Origin: an uncultured Alphaproteobacteria bacterium
GTDB taxonomy: Bacteria; Pseudomonadota; Alphaproteobacteria; Rhizobiales; Xanthobacteraceae
Length of the DNA: 64,000 nt
Direction: 5' to 3'
NCBI GenBank assembly: GCA_963696845.1
Contig: CAVOLR010000011.1
Location: 246,148 to 310,147, forward strand
This document shows, one piece after another, positions 38,505 through 49,336 of the stretch. The notes under the pieces were generated by a model. It saw nothing but the letters and a program-made list of their open reading frames with translations, ran no database searches and was not told where the DNA came from. Positions within the stretch are counted from its first letter, which is position 1. Each line of letters opens with the position of its first letter. Position numbers and translations under genes: made by a program.

Positions 38505-38777
38505 CTATTCGGCCGCAGCGTCCGTCATCGGAAGTACCGAGATGAACGTACGACCGTTGGCTTTGGCCTGAAATTCCACACGACCTTCGACCTTGGCGAA
38601 CAGAGTGTGGTCGGTGCCCATGCCGACATTAAGGCCGGGATGCCAGGTGGTGCCGCGCTGACGCGCGATGATGTTGCCGGGGATCACATGCTCGCCGCCA
38701 TAGATCTTGATGCCAAGGCGCTTGCCCTTGGAATCGCGTCCGTTTCGCGATGAACCGCCTGCTTTTTTGTGAGCCAT
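38505..38777 (-). CDS. rpmA: 50S ribosomal protein L27
   Basis: [16 protein letters not shown]. Confidence 0.98.
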   Translation of the reverse strand: MAHKKAGGSSRNGRDSKGKRLGIKIYGGEHVIPGNIIARQRGTTWHPGLNVGMGTDHTLFAKVEGRVEFQAKANGRTFISVLPMTDAAAE

Positions 38778-38861
38778 GACCCGTCTCCGAACCTATCCGT
38801 CTCTTAAGTCAATTCCTTGAAGGAATCATTCACTTTTTGTCACGCGTCTTTGCGCCGCGCA

Positions 38862-39387
38862 TCACTTTTTGTCGCTCTTGCCCTTCGCGGCCGCCTTCTT
38901 GGCCGCCGGCTTCTTCGTCTCCGCCTTGGCGCGCGGTTTCGCCGCAGCCTTGGCAGCCGGTCTTGGCAGCGGGCTTCTTGGCCGCCGCCTTCTTCGCGGG
39001 CGCCTCGTCGCCGTCATCCGCCGGCTTCGCGACAACCTTTTCCCGCTTCGGCCGCGGGCCGATCGAAGGCTTGGCGTTGTCGGCGAGGATCTCGGTGATG
39101 CGAAGCACCGTGATCTCGTCGCGATAGCCGCGCTTGCGGCGCGAGTTCTTGCGCCGGCGCTTCTTGAAGGCGATCACCTTCGGGCCGCGCTTGTGCTGCA
39201 GCACTTCGGCCGCAACGGAAGCGCCTGCCACCGTCGGCATGCCCAGTGTCGGCGTGTCGCCGCCGAGCAGGAGCACCTCGCCCAACTGCACGATCGTGCC
39301 GACGTCGCCGGCGATCTTGCCAATCTCGAGTACATCATCCGGAACGACGCGGTATTGCCGGCCGCCGGTCTTGATGACTGCGAACAT
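38862..39387 (-). CDS. rplU: 50S ribosomal protein L21 with Lys/Ala-rich tail (frameshift ~38960)
   Basis: MFAVIKTGGRQY, FKKRRRKNSRRKRG; tail in the corrected frame ends KGKSDKK*. Confidence 0.95.
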
Positions 39388-39712
39388 CGTTTTATTCCTT
39401 CGTGTTCGATCCCGCGCCTCGAGGCTTGCCCGGGCCGGCTTTTTGGTCAGTCGTTATGGGTACGTGTTTCGCGCCGTCCCGAAGGGACTTGGCGCAAAAA
39501 CAATCGACGCGGGAAAACCCGCGCCGGGATGGCCGGACTTATAGCCGCCGGAGACGGGGAGTCAAGGCAAACGAGGCCGAAAAGGCCGCGAAAATGCGAG
39601 GGATTTGGCCGATTCTGCACGGCTCCCGCAGGCCTGCTCGCCAGCCCGCCCTTTGAAACCAATGGGTTCCACCGCCGTTGTTCCCGGTGATTACACCGGG
39701 CAGGGACCTTCC

Positions 39713-40827
39713 ATGGCTGACGACGTCATTACCACCACGGGCATCGCCCATCATGGCGGCGCGCGGCTGCCCTCGGTCGACGTCGACAGCTTCAATCTCG
39801 AGCTGAAGGACGACGAGGGCTTCCTCGGCGACCGGGCGTCGAAGGGCGCGTTCCGCAAGATTTTCGACCGCTGGCGCAAGCCGCTGCGCAAGTCCGGCAA
39901 GGACCCGTTCGGCGACGTGCCGTCGGACGAGATCAGCAAGAAGGCGCTCGACGACATGCTGGTCGGCGACGACACCGAGGCGAGCGCCGTCGTGCACAGC
40001 GCGATCGAGGAGTTCGCGCAGGAGCTCGCCCACGTCACCCGCCGCTTCCTCAAGACCAAGGCCTGGGCCAAGACCGAGACGCATCGTGGTCGGCGGCGGC
40101 TTTCGCGACATCCAGGCTCGGCGAGCTCGCGATCGCGCGTACCGAGATCATCCTGCATTCCGAGGATTTCAAGGTCGACATGCTGCCGATCCGCTTCGAC
40201 CCGGACGAGGCCGCGCTGATCGGCGCGCTGCATCTGGCGCCGTCCTGGATCTTCGAAGGCTACGACTCGATCCTCGCGGTCGACATCGGCGGCACCAACA
40301 TCCGCTGCGGCGTGGTCGAGACGCGCTGGAAGAAGGCGCAGGACCTGTCGAAGGCCGAGGTGTGGAAGGCCGAGCTGTGGCGCCACGCCGACGACGAGCC
40401 GACCCGCGAGGGCGCGGTGAAGCAGCTGGTGAAGATGCTGAAGCACCTGATCGACGCCGCCGAGGAGGAGGGCTTCAAGCTCGCGCCGTTCATCGGCATC
40501 GCCTGTCCCGGCGTCATCAACGAGGACGGCTCGATCGAAAAGGGCGCGCAGAACCTGCCGGGCAACTGGGAGAGCAGCAAGTTCAACCTGCCGCACAGCC
40601 TGGTCGAGGCGATCCCCGTGATCGGCGATCACGACACGGCGATCGTCATGCACAATGACGGCGTGGTGCAGGGGCTCGCCGAAGTGCCGTTCATGCAGGA
40701 CGTCGAGCGCTGGGGCGTGCTCACCATCGGCACCGGGCTCGGCAATGCGCGCTTCACCAACCGCAAGCGCGAGAATGGCAAGAGCGAGAAGAAGAACGGC
40801 GACAAGGACAAGAAGAGCAAGGATTGA
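39713..40827 (+). CDS. ROK family protein (frameshifts ~40080-40115)
   Basis: AVDIGGTNIR, GIACPG, HNDG, LTIGTGLGNA. Confidence 0.82.
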
Positions 40828-40837
40828 GTTTTGGTCT

Positions 40838-40922
40838 CGTCATTGCGAGGAGCGCAGCGACGAAGCAATCCATGGCGCCACAAGCGGAGTTATGGATTGC
40901 TTCGCTTCGCTCGCAATGACGA
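40838..40922. repeat. REP doublet
   Basis: TCGTCATTGCGAG..GAAGCAATCCA ... TGGATTGCTTCG..CTCGCAATGACGA inverted pair. Confidence 0.85.
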
Positions 40923-40927
40923 GGAAT

Positions 40928-40991
40928 GTAGCCCGCATGAGCGTAGCGATATGCGGGTGACCCGGGTGTCGCTTCGCTCACCCGGGCTACG
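40928..40991. repeat. GTAG-type REP doublet (REPIN-like)
   Basis: GTAGCCCGCATGAGCG..ATGCGGG ... CCCGGGTG..CTCACCCGGGCTAC. Confidence 0.75.
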
Positions 40992-41218
40992 AGCGAAGCC
41001 CAGTAACCTTTCCCGGTTAGGTTAAAACCACCCTCGCATTGCTAGCCCTCATCAGCTTCGCTAGCTTCATCCTCGCCGCACTCGGCTAGCCGACGAGGCC
41101 GCACCTCCCGGCCGGCAATTGCAATGAGACGGCACGGGACCGCCAGATGTTTTGCCGCGTATGGCGGTCCCACCTTTCAAGCGTGACGAGATCGAGCTGC
41201 TTCCGTAGCGACGCTGCG

Positions 41219-41400
41219 CCCCCTCTCCCGCGTGCGGGGGAGGGCTGGGGTGGGGGCGTCTTCGCATTCACGGCGGCTTCGTGCCGGGAAGATTTCCCCC
41301 ACCCGCATCGCATTGCATGCGACATAGCCGAAGCTTCGCTTCGGCGTTCCTAAGACGGCCGCCGAAGGCGGCCTACGCTCCCCCGCGAGCGGGAGAGGTG
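41219..41400. repeat. Composite palindromic repeat with nested hairpins
   Basis: CCTCTCCCGCGTGCGGGGAGG ... CTCCCCGCGAGCGGGAGAGG inverted ends; internal GCCGAAGCTTCGCTTCGGC and GGCCGCCGAAGGCGGCC. Confidence 0.7.
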
Positions 41401-41489
41401 AACGAGACCGAAGCGAACCACACGCTCCGCTGCGGCGACAAATCAAACGACCGGCAAGCATGCCGCCGCGAATGCGAGGACCTGCCGCG

Positions 41490-41849
41490 ATGAACAAATG
41501 GATCATGTCGGCGTGCGCGCTGGCGCTGATGACAACGCCGGTGGCCGCGGCCGATGTGCGTCTCGACAACTATCGCAATCCGCAAAACGAGAATTTTCGC
41601 ATCTTCAATCGCATGTATCTGGACGGCGTGAAGGGCGGCCTGATGGCCTCCAATGCGTGGATCAGGAGCCGTGGCGGCGAGATGGCGTTTTGCATGCCGC
41701 CCGACCTCGCTCTGTCCACCGAGCAGGCCGAGGCGATCATGCTCAAATCGGCCGACAAGCGCGCCGCGAAAGGCGATTGGCCGGTCGCGAGTCTCTTGTT
41801 GTGGGGCCTGCGCGATACTTTCCCGTGCGACAAGGCCGGTGGCGGATAG
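41490..41849 (+). CDS. Secreted hypothetical protein (possibly Rap1a-like)
   Basis: Signal peptide; YLDGV, FCMP, C-terminal L..TFPC Cys pair. Confidence 0.6.
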   Translation: MNKWIMSACALALMTTPVAAADVRLDNYRNPQNENFRIFNRMYLDGVKGGLMASNAWIRSRGGEMAFCMPPDLALSTEQAEAIMLKSADKRAAKGDWPVASLLLWGLRDTFPCDKAGGG

Positions 41850-41985
41850 ACGGTGGATTCCAGCCCAGCTGCGAGTCGGACGAGGATTTCAACCCACGGA
41901 TTTATCATTCCGCGCCTTGTCTGGGCAGCATTCCTCGCCTATTACACCGCCGACCACAGGGCGGATCAGCCCGATTTTGGCGCCT

Positions 41986-42075
41986 GGAGAGGTGGCAGAG
42001 TGGTTGAATGCACCGCACTCGAAATGCGGCATAGGTGCAAGCCTATCGGGGGTTCGAATCCCTCCCTCTCCGCCA
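41986..42075 (+). tRNA. tRNA-Ser(CGA)
   Basis: GGAGAGG acceptor stem, anticodon arm CCGCA-CTCGAAA-TGCGG, long variable arm, GGTTCGAATCC, CCA end. Confidence 0.96.
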
Positions 42076-42121
42076 TTCGCTCGAAATTTGGCGATGTTGA
42101 TTAATCAATGAAGTAGCGGCG

Positions 42122-42511
42122 ATGAAGATTGGGCCTCGGCCAGAGAGATGGCTCAGGAAGAAAGCCAAACAAGGCATGCGTGGCTACCCGGTCGGCACGA
42201 TTGCCTTCTATGGCCCCGACGATCAGCGGGCCTCGAAAGCCGCTGCGTCGGTGATCCGCCATGAAAAAGCCGAGGCCGAACTGCGCCGCTGGTTCTCGGA
42301 AACCGGCGATCTGCGGACGGACCCGGAAATTGCTTCCGAAATCTCTGCGTACTTCCGCCAACATGCAGTGCATTCGGTGGCTATGGTCGACAGGATCATC
42401 GGCTGTCCTCATGAGGAGGGCGTTGATTATCCGACGGGCGAGAGTTGCCCGCACTGCCCGTTCTGGAGAGGGCGGGACCGTTGGACAGCAGAGCCAAATC
42501 CGAGCCGGTGA
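42122..42511 (+). CDS. Hypothetical protein with Cys/His cluster
   Basis: 129-aa ORF; YPVGTIAFYGPDD; C-terminal CPHEEGVDYP..CPHCPFW. Confidence 0.7.
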   Translation: MKIGPRPERWLRKKAKQGMRGYPVGTIAFYGPDDQRASKAAASVIRHEKAEAELRRWFSETGDLRTDPEIASEISAYFRQHAVHSVAMVDRIIGCPHEEGVDYPTGESCPHCPFWRGRDRWTAEPNPSR

Positions 42512-42602
42512 TTGAGCCAACAGTCACTTCCTGTGGAATCTGGCTTGCCGATCAAGAATTACCGGCGCGTTACCGAATTCGACAGGACTCGAGTCAAACG
42601 CG

Positions 42603-42944
42603 ATGGCAGTCCCTTATTCCTTCAGCTCTGAAGTGATGGCGATAAATCGAGAACTTGCCGATCTTACAATGAGCGTCGCGAGGCCGTTAGTCTGGCACGA
42701 TATTGGCGAGCCGTGGCCGAAATACCTGTTGGGAGGCAGTTGCTTCATTCTTCGTTTTGAGGCGGGATTGACTGGTGTCACTGCCGCTCACGTCATAGGA
42801 GCATTTGAGGAGGCTGCACGACGGAATCCGGACGTTGCTTGCCTGCTTCGAATGGTACCTATCGATCCAGTGACGACATTGATCGATCGCGACGAATCGC
42901 TCGATATCGCCACCTTTCGCGTCACGGAGGATGAGGGCGGTTGA
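42603..42944 (+). pseudogene. Truncated trypsin-like serine protease (N-terminal half)
   Basis: GSCF, VTAAHV (His), DESLDIA (Asp); no G.SG Ser motif before the stop; atypical composition. Confidence 0.5.
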
Positions 42945-43007
42945 CGCCGCCGCGGTCGCGACACGACATATCCGGCACCGCCGATCGCGCTCCCCCGGGA
43001 GCAAGCC

Positions 43008-44195
43008 ATGAACGCACCGCCCCATCTCGCCACCACCGCTTCCGACAGCGACGTCGTGCACTGGCTGATGAACGACACCCGCGATCAGCGCTTCGTCGAC
43101 AATATCTTCGCCGAGCTGTGCGATCCGGATTCAGCGCTCGGGCATTCCCCTCAAGCGCTCGACGCTGCATATCCTGATCCACCATCCGCAATGGCTCGGC
43201 GCCCGCTTCCTGTGGGCCGACGGCATGCACGAGGCCGAGATCGCGCGGGTCGATTACGACGTCAGGGAGCGAAGCGAATATATCGGCAGTCCCGCCAACG
43301 AGCTCTTCGACGGCGCCACCGAGGTCCGCGAGAATCTCGAACGCGCCGGCCGCAAGCACGCCGTCTATGACGACATGCGCGCGAAGGGCCTGACCGACTA
43401 TGTGGCATGGCCGCTGTACCACACGCTCGGCAAGCAGCACATGGTGACCTTTGCGACCGACCGGCCCGGCGGCTTCGACGCCGACGACATCGCCGGCCTG
43501 CTTGAAGCTGTTGCCGGCGCTGGCGCTGGTCAGCGAAATCCGCGTCAAGAATCGCCTGGCGCGAACGCTGCTCGAAACCTATGTCGGCGCGCATGCCGGC
43601 GAGATGATCCTGGCCGGCGCCACGCGGCGCGGCAGCGGCACCACGGTGCGCGCCGCCATCATGATCTGCGATTTGCGCGATTTCACGAAAATCTCCGACA
43701 ACTGGCCGCGCGACGACGTCATCGATCTCCTCAACGGCTATTTCGACGCGATGTCGGAGCCGGTGGTGCGGCATGGCGGCGAAATCCTGAAATTCATCGG
43801 CGACGGCATGCTCGCGATCTTTCCGCTCGATCAGCCCTCGGCTTGCGCCAACCTGCTGCGTGCCGTGGCCGAGGCCCGCCAGGCCATGGTCGCCCTGAAC
43901 GAAGAGAACGGCAAAATCGGGCGTGAGCCGCTGCGTTACGGCATCGGCGTCCATGTCGGCGACGTCATGTACGGCAATATCGGCTCGCGCACGCCGGCTC
44001 GACTTCACGGTGATCGGCCCCGCGGTCAACATGGCCTCGCGCATCGAGGCGTTCACCAAGCAGGTGGGCAAGCCGGTGCTGCTGTCCCGCGCCTTCGCCG
44101 ACTTCGTCAAAGGCGAGTTCGATCTCGAACGCGTCGGCGAATATCCGGTGCGCGGCTTCAACGACCCGATCGAGCTGTTTGCGTATCACGGCTGA
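43008..44195 (+). CDS. Class III adenylate/guanylate cyclase with N-terminal GAF-like region (frameshifts)
   Basis: ICDLRDFT, LKFIGDGMLAIF, YGNIGS, DFTVIGPAVNMASRIE. Confidence 0.87.
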
Positions 44196-44202
44196 GACGA
44201 TC

Positions 44203-45240
44203 TCAGCACTGTGCCGGCACGGGCGTCAGCGGCGAGGTTCGCAGGAATCGCTCGTAGCCGAGACCGATACCGACGGGATCGAGGTTCGGCGCCGTTCCCG
44301 GCAGCGTCTCGACCGCGAGGCAACTCAGCGGCGTGTGCGGATCGAGCAGCAGGCCCTGCAACAGCCCGCCGACCTCGGTCTGCGACCAGGTCGCCGTGCC
44401 GCTCAGCAGTTGACCGCTCTGGCTGAACGGCTTCCAGCGATCGAGTTCGATCCGGCCGCGCCGCCGGCTCAAGAGCACGTTGCGCCGGTCGGCGTCGTCG
44501 GCCTGATGAACCTGGGCGTAGAGCAGGAACCACATCTGACTGAGCGGCGGCGCCGGCTGAACCGACACGCTGTTGAGGATCGGGTCGGCGAACGGCGCGC
44601 TGACCTCGAGGCCGGCCGGATTGCGCAGCACCGAGCAGGTCAGGATCGGCGCCGGATGCTGCACGCCGGTGACGCGCAACGGGCGGCCGAAACGTCCCTG
44701 CGCCGTCGACCAGCCGACGACATGGCCGACGCGCAGCTCATAGGTGAACATGCCGAACAGCTCCGGCGAATCCGGCGTGTAGCCGCTCGGCAGCGGCAGC
44801 AGGAAATGCCGCGGCGAATCGGTCTTGGTGAGCGGCTGCATCGCGTTGAATCCCGCGTCGTCGTCGGACGCGCCGGGCGGGATGACACGGATTAGCTCGG
44901 CGTCGATCGGCAGCGGCGGCTCGGCGAGATCGGGCGTGTCCGGCGGGTCGGTCAGCACCGGGTCGGGCGAGTTCGCGAGCACGCGGCCGAGATAAGTGTC
45001 GTTCGGATCCTGCACGGCCTGGTCGAACTCGAGCCACAGCATCCGCGTGCGCGGGCTGGTGCTCGAATAATCCGCGCTGCGATCGTAGTCCGATTGCGCC
45101 AGCCCGACGGCGACGAGCTTCGGGATCTGGATCGGCGGCGTGGTGATCGGCAGGGCGGCGGCACCGAAGTCGGCCGGCTGTGGCCAAGACCCCATGCTGC
45201 GGCATCCGCGCGCCAGACAATGGCGCGCCACGTCATTCAT
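44203..45240 (-). CDS. Hypothetical protein, possibly the C-terminal fragment of a much larger protein
   Basis: 345-aa ORF with coding-like codon use from ~45180; no convincing N-terminus; motif FTYELRVGH..WSTAQGRFGRPLRVTGVQHPAP. Confidence 0.55.
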   Translation of the reverse strand: MNDVARHCLARGCRSMGSWPQPADFGAAALPITTPPIQIPKLVAVGLAQSDYDRSADYSSTSPRTRMLWLEFDQAVQDPNDTYLGRVLANSPDPVLTDPPDTPDLAEPPLPIDAELIRVIPPGASDDDAGFNAMQPLTKTDSPRHFLLPLPSGYTPDSPELFGMFTYELRVGHVVGWSTAQGRFGRPLRVTGVQHPAPILTCSVLRNPAGLEVSAPFADPILNSVSVQPAPPLSQMWFLLYAQVHQADDADRRNVLLSRRRGRIELDRWKPFSQSGQLLSGTATWSQTEVGGLLQGLLLDPHTPLSCLAVETLPGTAPNLDPVGIGLGYERFLRTSPLTPVPAQC

Positions 45241-45294
45241 GCCATGCGCGTCGTCGCGCGATTTCCGCTGGATGAAAAATGCCGCGCTGCGTCG

Positions 45295-45793
45295 CTAGCG
45301 TGGAACGGGGACCTGAACGATCTTGAACGTCCCGGATTGCTCGGCGCCGTTGATGGCGGTGTCGGCGACGATGCCAACCAGGCCGATGGCCATACCCGCG
45401 ATCATTTGCTCGCTACGTGGCGATATCTGGAACGCATACCGCTTGCCGGCCTCGGCATTGAAACGAGTCGGTGTATCGCTCCGGGCGAGCTCCAGTGCGA
45501 CACGGTCAGAGTCACCGGTCCGGGGTTGATGCCTCCGGTGAACGTGGCGCCATTGGCGATGCTCGCAAACTCGGCGCCATTGGCGGTGACTTCCACGTCC
45601 AACAGCGCGGCCTGGTAGCCCTCGATGCGCGTGATGGTCACGATGGCCTGGCCCGGCGCGACCGCTGCGGCGGCGCGGCATTGGCCGTGGCCGATTGATC
45701 GGTGACGCAGCCGCCGAGCATTCCCGCGGCGAAAAACAGGACGGCAAGAACTCCCAGCAGTCTGACGATGCTACGACGCGAAACGAATGTCAT
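45295..45793 (-). CDS. Putative lipoprotein (frameshifts ~45680)
   Basis: MTFVSRR..LGGC lipobox; beta-rich domain, AEAGKRYAF. Confidence 0.65.
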
Positions 45794-46079
45794 GTGCAGG
45801 CCCCCAACCCCGCGACTTGGCGCGCCGTTCCCGATGTGATGGGAGCGCCACACTCCAAGCGTGCACCAAGTTACAAAGGCACGTAGATGGGACCGCTCAC
45901 GCTTGTCAATACGCGGAAGCGAGGAACCGCAGCACGGCGTCTGATGATGCGGGGCTTGCGTGGCCCAATCGCAACACTTGTTCCAAATTGCACCACGCCA
46001 TCACGCCGCTCCGATGCAGCCACCTTTCCGCCCGCATCCGGCAGCGATTTGGCACGCGGGGCCGGGCTGAAGGAATCGG

Positions 46080-46599
46080 GTGCACCATGCCATCCATCAG
46101 CCATGCGCGTCGCGCTTCGCGAAATTCCGCGGCTTGCTCGCCATCGTGCTCGCCGCAGCCTCGCTCGCGGCCTGCGCCCGAACATCAGTCGTGTCGGAAC
46201 GATCCGATTGGCATTCCGCGCCGCGACAGGCCGTCGCGCATCACCAGCCTTCGTCGCAGGCCCGTCAGCGTCGTGCGCCGGCACGATGCGCCCGCGCATA
46301 CCGATGTCGCGAGCACGAACGGCGGAGGCGGTCTCGCCAGCTTCTACACCGAGGGCACGAAGACCGCGAACGGCGAGACCTTCAACACCCGCGAGCTCAC
46401 CGCCGCGCATCCCTCGCTGCCGTTCGGCACGAAGCTGCGCGTCACCAATGTCACGACCGGGCAATCGGTCACCGTGCGCGTCAACGATCGCGGACCCTAT
46501 GTGCCGGGACGCGTGGTCGATGTCTCCTATTCGGCGGCCGAACAGCTCGGCATGGTCAAGGGCGGCGTCGCCAAGGTGAAGCTCGACGTCGTGCAGTAG
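46080..46599 (+). CDS. RlpA-family lipoprotein (frameshift ~46260)
   Basis: LAAC lipobox; ASFY, TANGETFN, TAAHPSLPFGT, VNDRGPY. Confidence 0.85.
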
Positions 46600-46656
46600 C
46601 GCATGATCCGGAAACAGTGTGCAGCGGTTTTCCGAAAGATCATGCGCAAACAAAAC
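46597..46656 (+). repeat. TAG-anchored palindromic repeat (copy B)
   Basis: TAGCGCATGATCCGGAAACAGTGTGCAGCGGTTTTCCGAAAGATCATGCGCAAACAAAA. Confidence 0.85.
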
Positions 46657-46778
46657 GTCTTCGTCAATTCGAATCAAATACATTCGAAAACGTTCGCTCA
46701 ATTGCGAGCGATCGCCCTCAGCATATCCCAACGAATCCGCTGTAAATCCTACCCAGTAACGATGAAGCGTAGGGGTAG

Positions 46779-47036
46779 GTGACAAACATGTTGGCAGCGA
46801 ACAGGCGTAGAAGCGAGCGGCGGGTCTGCAGGAGTCTCGCGAAAATTCAATTCGGCACGGGCACGTTGCCGCGCGACTGCATGATCACCGACATCTCCGA
46901 TGGCGGCGTGAAGATCGTGGCCGAGCACCTGGTGCCGCCGCCCGAGTTCACCCTGATCTTCTCGACCGGCAGCCCCAAGCAATGCCGGCTGGCGTGGCAG
47001 ATCGGCTGCGAATTCGGCGCCGAATTCGTCCGCTGA
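46779..47036 (+). CDS. PilZ domain protein
   Basis: RRSER and DISDGG c-di-GMP-binding motifs. Confidence 0.85.
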   Translation: MTNMLAANRRRSERRVCRSLAKIQFGTGTLPRDCMITDISDGGVKIVAEHLVPPPEFTLIFSTGSPKQCRLAWQIGCEFGAEFVR

Positions 47037-47076
47037 GCCCCACAAAGGGCGATTTCCGGCCTCAGGCGAGCCCGGA

Positions 47077-47097
47077 TTAACCCGAACTTAGGGTTAA
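47077..47097. promoter_or_regulatory. CtrA-like site upstream of TPR/tadD gene
   Basis: TTAA-CCCGAAC-TTAG followed by a further TTAA. Confidence 0.4.
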
Positions 47098-47136
47098 GCT
47101 GCAACGATTTCCCGGCTAGCCCAAGGCCGAGAGTTC

Positions 47137-47948
47137 ATGTTGCATCATGCGTTCAAACGAGGTCGCCTGCCGCGGCTGATTGTCGTCGCAGCCTCGTCCG
47201 CGGTGCTCGCGTTCGCGCTCGCCGGCTGCCAGACCACGGATGCCGACGTCACGGGATCGCTCGGCGAGAAGGCCGCGGCGAGTCGCCTCGCCCAATGCCC
47301 GCAGCGACCTCGCCGGCTTGCGCGAGCGCTACAAGGCCAATCCCAAGGATCCCGCCGTCGCAATGGAATATGGCCGGGCGCTGCGCGCGAACGGGGAGCG
47401 GTCGCAGGCGGTCGCCGTGCTGGAGCAGGCGGCGCTGGCCAATCCCGAGGAACAAGCCGCTGCTCGCCGGCTATGGCCGGGCGCTGGCCGACAACGGAAA
47501 TTTCCAGCAGGCCTTCGACGTGCTGACCCGCGCGCATACGCCAGAGGATCCCGACTGGCGCATCCTGTCGGCGCAGGGCGCGGTGCTCGACCAGCTCGGG
47601 AAATTCGATGAGGCCCGGCAATATTACGCCAGCGCGCTCAAGATCGTGCCCGATGAGCCCTCGGTGCTGTCCAATCTCGGCATGTCCTATCTGCTGTCGA
47701 AGGACCTTGCGAAGGCGGAAGGGGTGCTGCGCCACGCGCTCGACCGCGCCAAGGATAATCTGCGCTTGCGGATGAATCTCGCCGTCGTGCTGACCCTCGA
47801 GGGTCAGGAGGCGGAGGCCGAGAAGGTCTTGAAGGCCGACGTATCGCCCGATGAGGGCAATGTGCGGATCGCCGAGCTGAAGCGGCTGCTCGACCAAGGG
47901 TGGGAAGCCCGAGCGCAACGCGTCGCGCGCACCCGGCACGACAGCTAA
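47137..47948 (+). CDS. TadD/CpaO-like TPR lipoprotein (frameshifts)
   Basis: LAGC lipobox, PDWRILSAQGAVLDQLG, SVLSNLGMSYLL; next to cpaE. Confidence 0.8.
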
Positions 47949-47955
47949 AGCCGAC

Positions 47956-48035
47956 TAGCGCATGATCCGGAGCCGAAGGCCGCGTTAGCGCAAAGTGTGA
48001 AGCGGTTTTCCGAAAAGATCATGCGCCAACTAAGA
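47956..48035 (+). repeat. TAG-anchored palindromic repeat (copy C, with internal insert)
   Basis: TAGCGCATGATCCGGA[GCCGAAGGCCGCGTTAGCGC]AAAGTGTGAAGCGGTTTTCCGAAAAGATCATGCGC. Confidence 0.85.
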
Positions 48036-48036
48036 A

Positions 48037-49322
48037 TCAGCCCGCGATCAGGCGCTTGATCGGGCTCAGCAGCGAACCCCTGGGCTTCTTGACGTCGCCG
48101 TGGCCGGTCAGCTTGCGGGCGATATCCAGGAACAGCCTGCTGGTGCGATGGTTCGCCGAGATTTCGGCGATCATCTGCCCGTTATTGGCGGCGGTGCCGA
48201 ACAGCTTCGAATCGAACGGGATCGCCGCGACCGGCTGGCTCTCCAGCGTCTTGGCGAAGCTGCGCCTTGTCGATCTCCGGCCGCCGCGGCATGCCGACCT
48301 GGTTGAGGCAGAACAGCGGCACGTGATCGTTGGGCCGCGCCGCCTTCAGCGTGTTGAGGATGTTCTTGGCGTTGCGCAGATTGGCGAGATCGGGCTCGGC
48401 GACGATCAGGATGTCGTCGGCGCCCTCCAGCGCGCGGCGCGTCCATCCCGACCATTGGTGCGGAACGTCGAGCACGATGCAGGGCGTGGTCATGCGCAGC
48501 GTATCGAAGATCGCATCGAACGCGTTGACGCCGAAATCGTAGACCCGCTCCAGCGTCGCGGGCGCCGCCAGCAGGCTCAGATGATCGGTGCATTTGGCGA
48601 GCAGACGGTCGAGCAGCGCGCTGTCGGGCCGGTCGGGCTGGAACACCGCGTTGGCGATGCCCTGCATCGGGTCCTGGTTGTAGTCGAGGCTGGCGGTGCC
48701 GAAGGCGAGGTCGAGATCGATCACCACCGAATCCAGCGTGAGATTGCGCGCGATCGCCCAGGCCACGTTGTGCGCCACGGTCGAGGCGCCGACGCCGCCC
48801 TTGGCGCCGACCACGGCGATCACCCGGCCGGAGGTCACGGTCTCGGTCGACGAGAACAGGCTGCAGATCGAGCGCACGATGTCGAGCACGCCGACCGGGC
48901 CGACCACGTAATCGTTGACGCCGCGGCGCACCAGCTCGCGATAGGGCACGTCATCGGCCTCGTTGCCGACGACGATGACGCGGGTGCCGGGATCGCAGAC
49001 GCCCGAGAGCTCGTCGAGCATGGCCACGAGCTCGCCCTTGCCGCTGCTCTCCAGCACGATCACGTTGGGCGTCGGCGCATTGTGATAGGTCTCGACCGCG
49101 GCCGCCATGCCGCCCATCTTCACCGTGAGATGCGCTTTCGCGAGCCGCCGGTCGTCGCCCGCCGATTTCATGGCGGATGCGCTCGCCTCGGTCTCGCAGA
49201 AGGCCTGCACCGAGATGCGCGGTGCTGCCTGGATGTGGTCGCTCGACGGCCGCTCCGGCGGCGTCGGCAGCTCGGACGCTTCCTTGATCGCCTGTTCGAA
49301 TCTTCTTCTTTGTGTCGCTCAT
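48037..49322 (-). CDS. cpaE: Pilus assembly protein CpaE (frameshifts)
   Basis: QAFCET, DRRLAKAH, GAKGGVGAST, DLDLAFGTA, LDVPH. Confidence 0.9.
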
Positions 49323-49336
49323 TATTTGCCCAAGTC

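Noticed and set aside
40838-41410. CRISPR array
   Set aside because: The repeats are inverted hairpins of different families, with no regular repeat-spacer period and no cas genes.
41986-45300. Intact prophage or ICE at tRNA-Ser
   Set aside because: No integrase, no duplicated tRNA 3' end and no phage or conjugation genes were found in the window.
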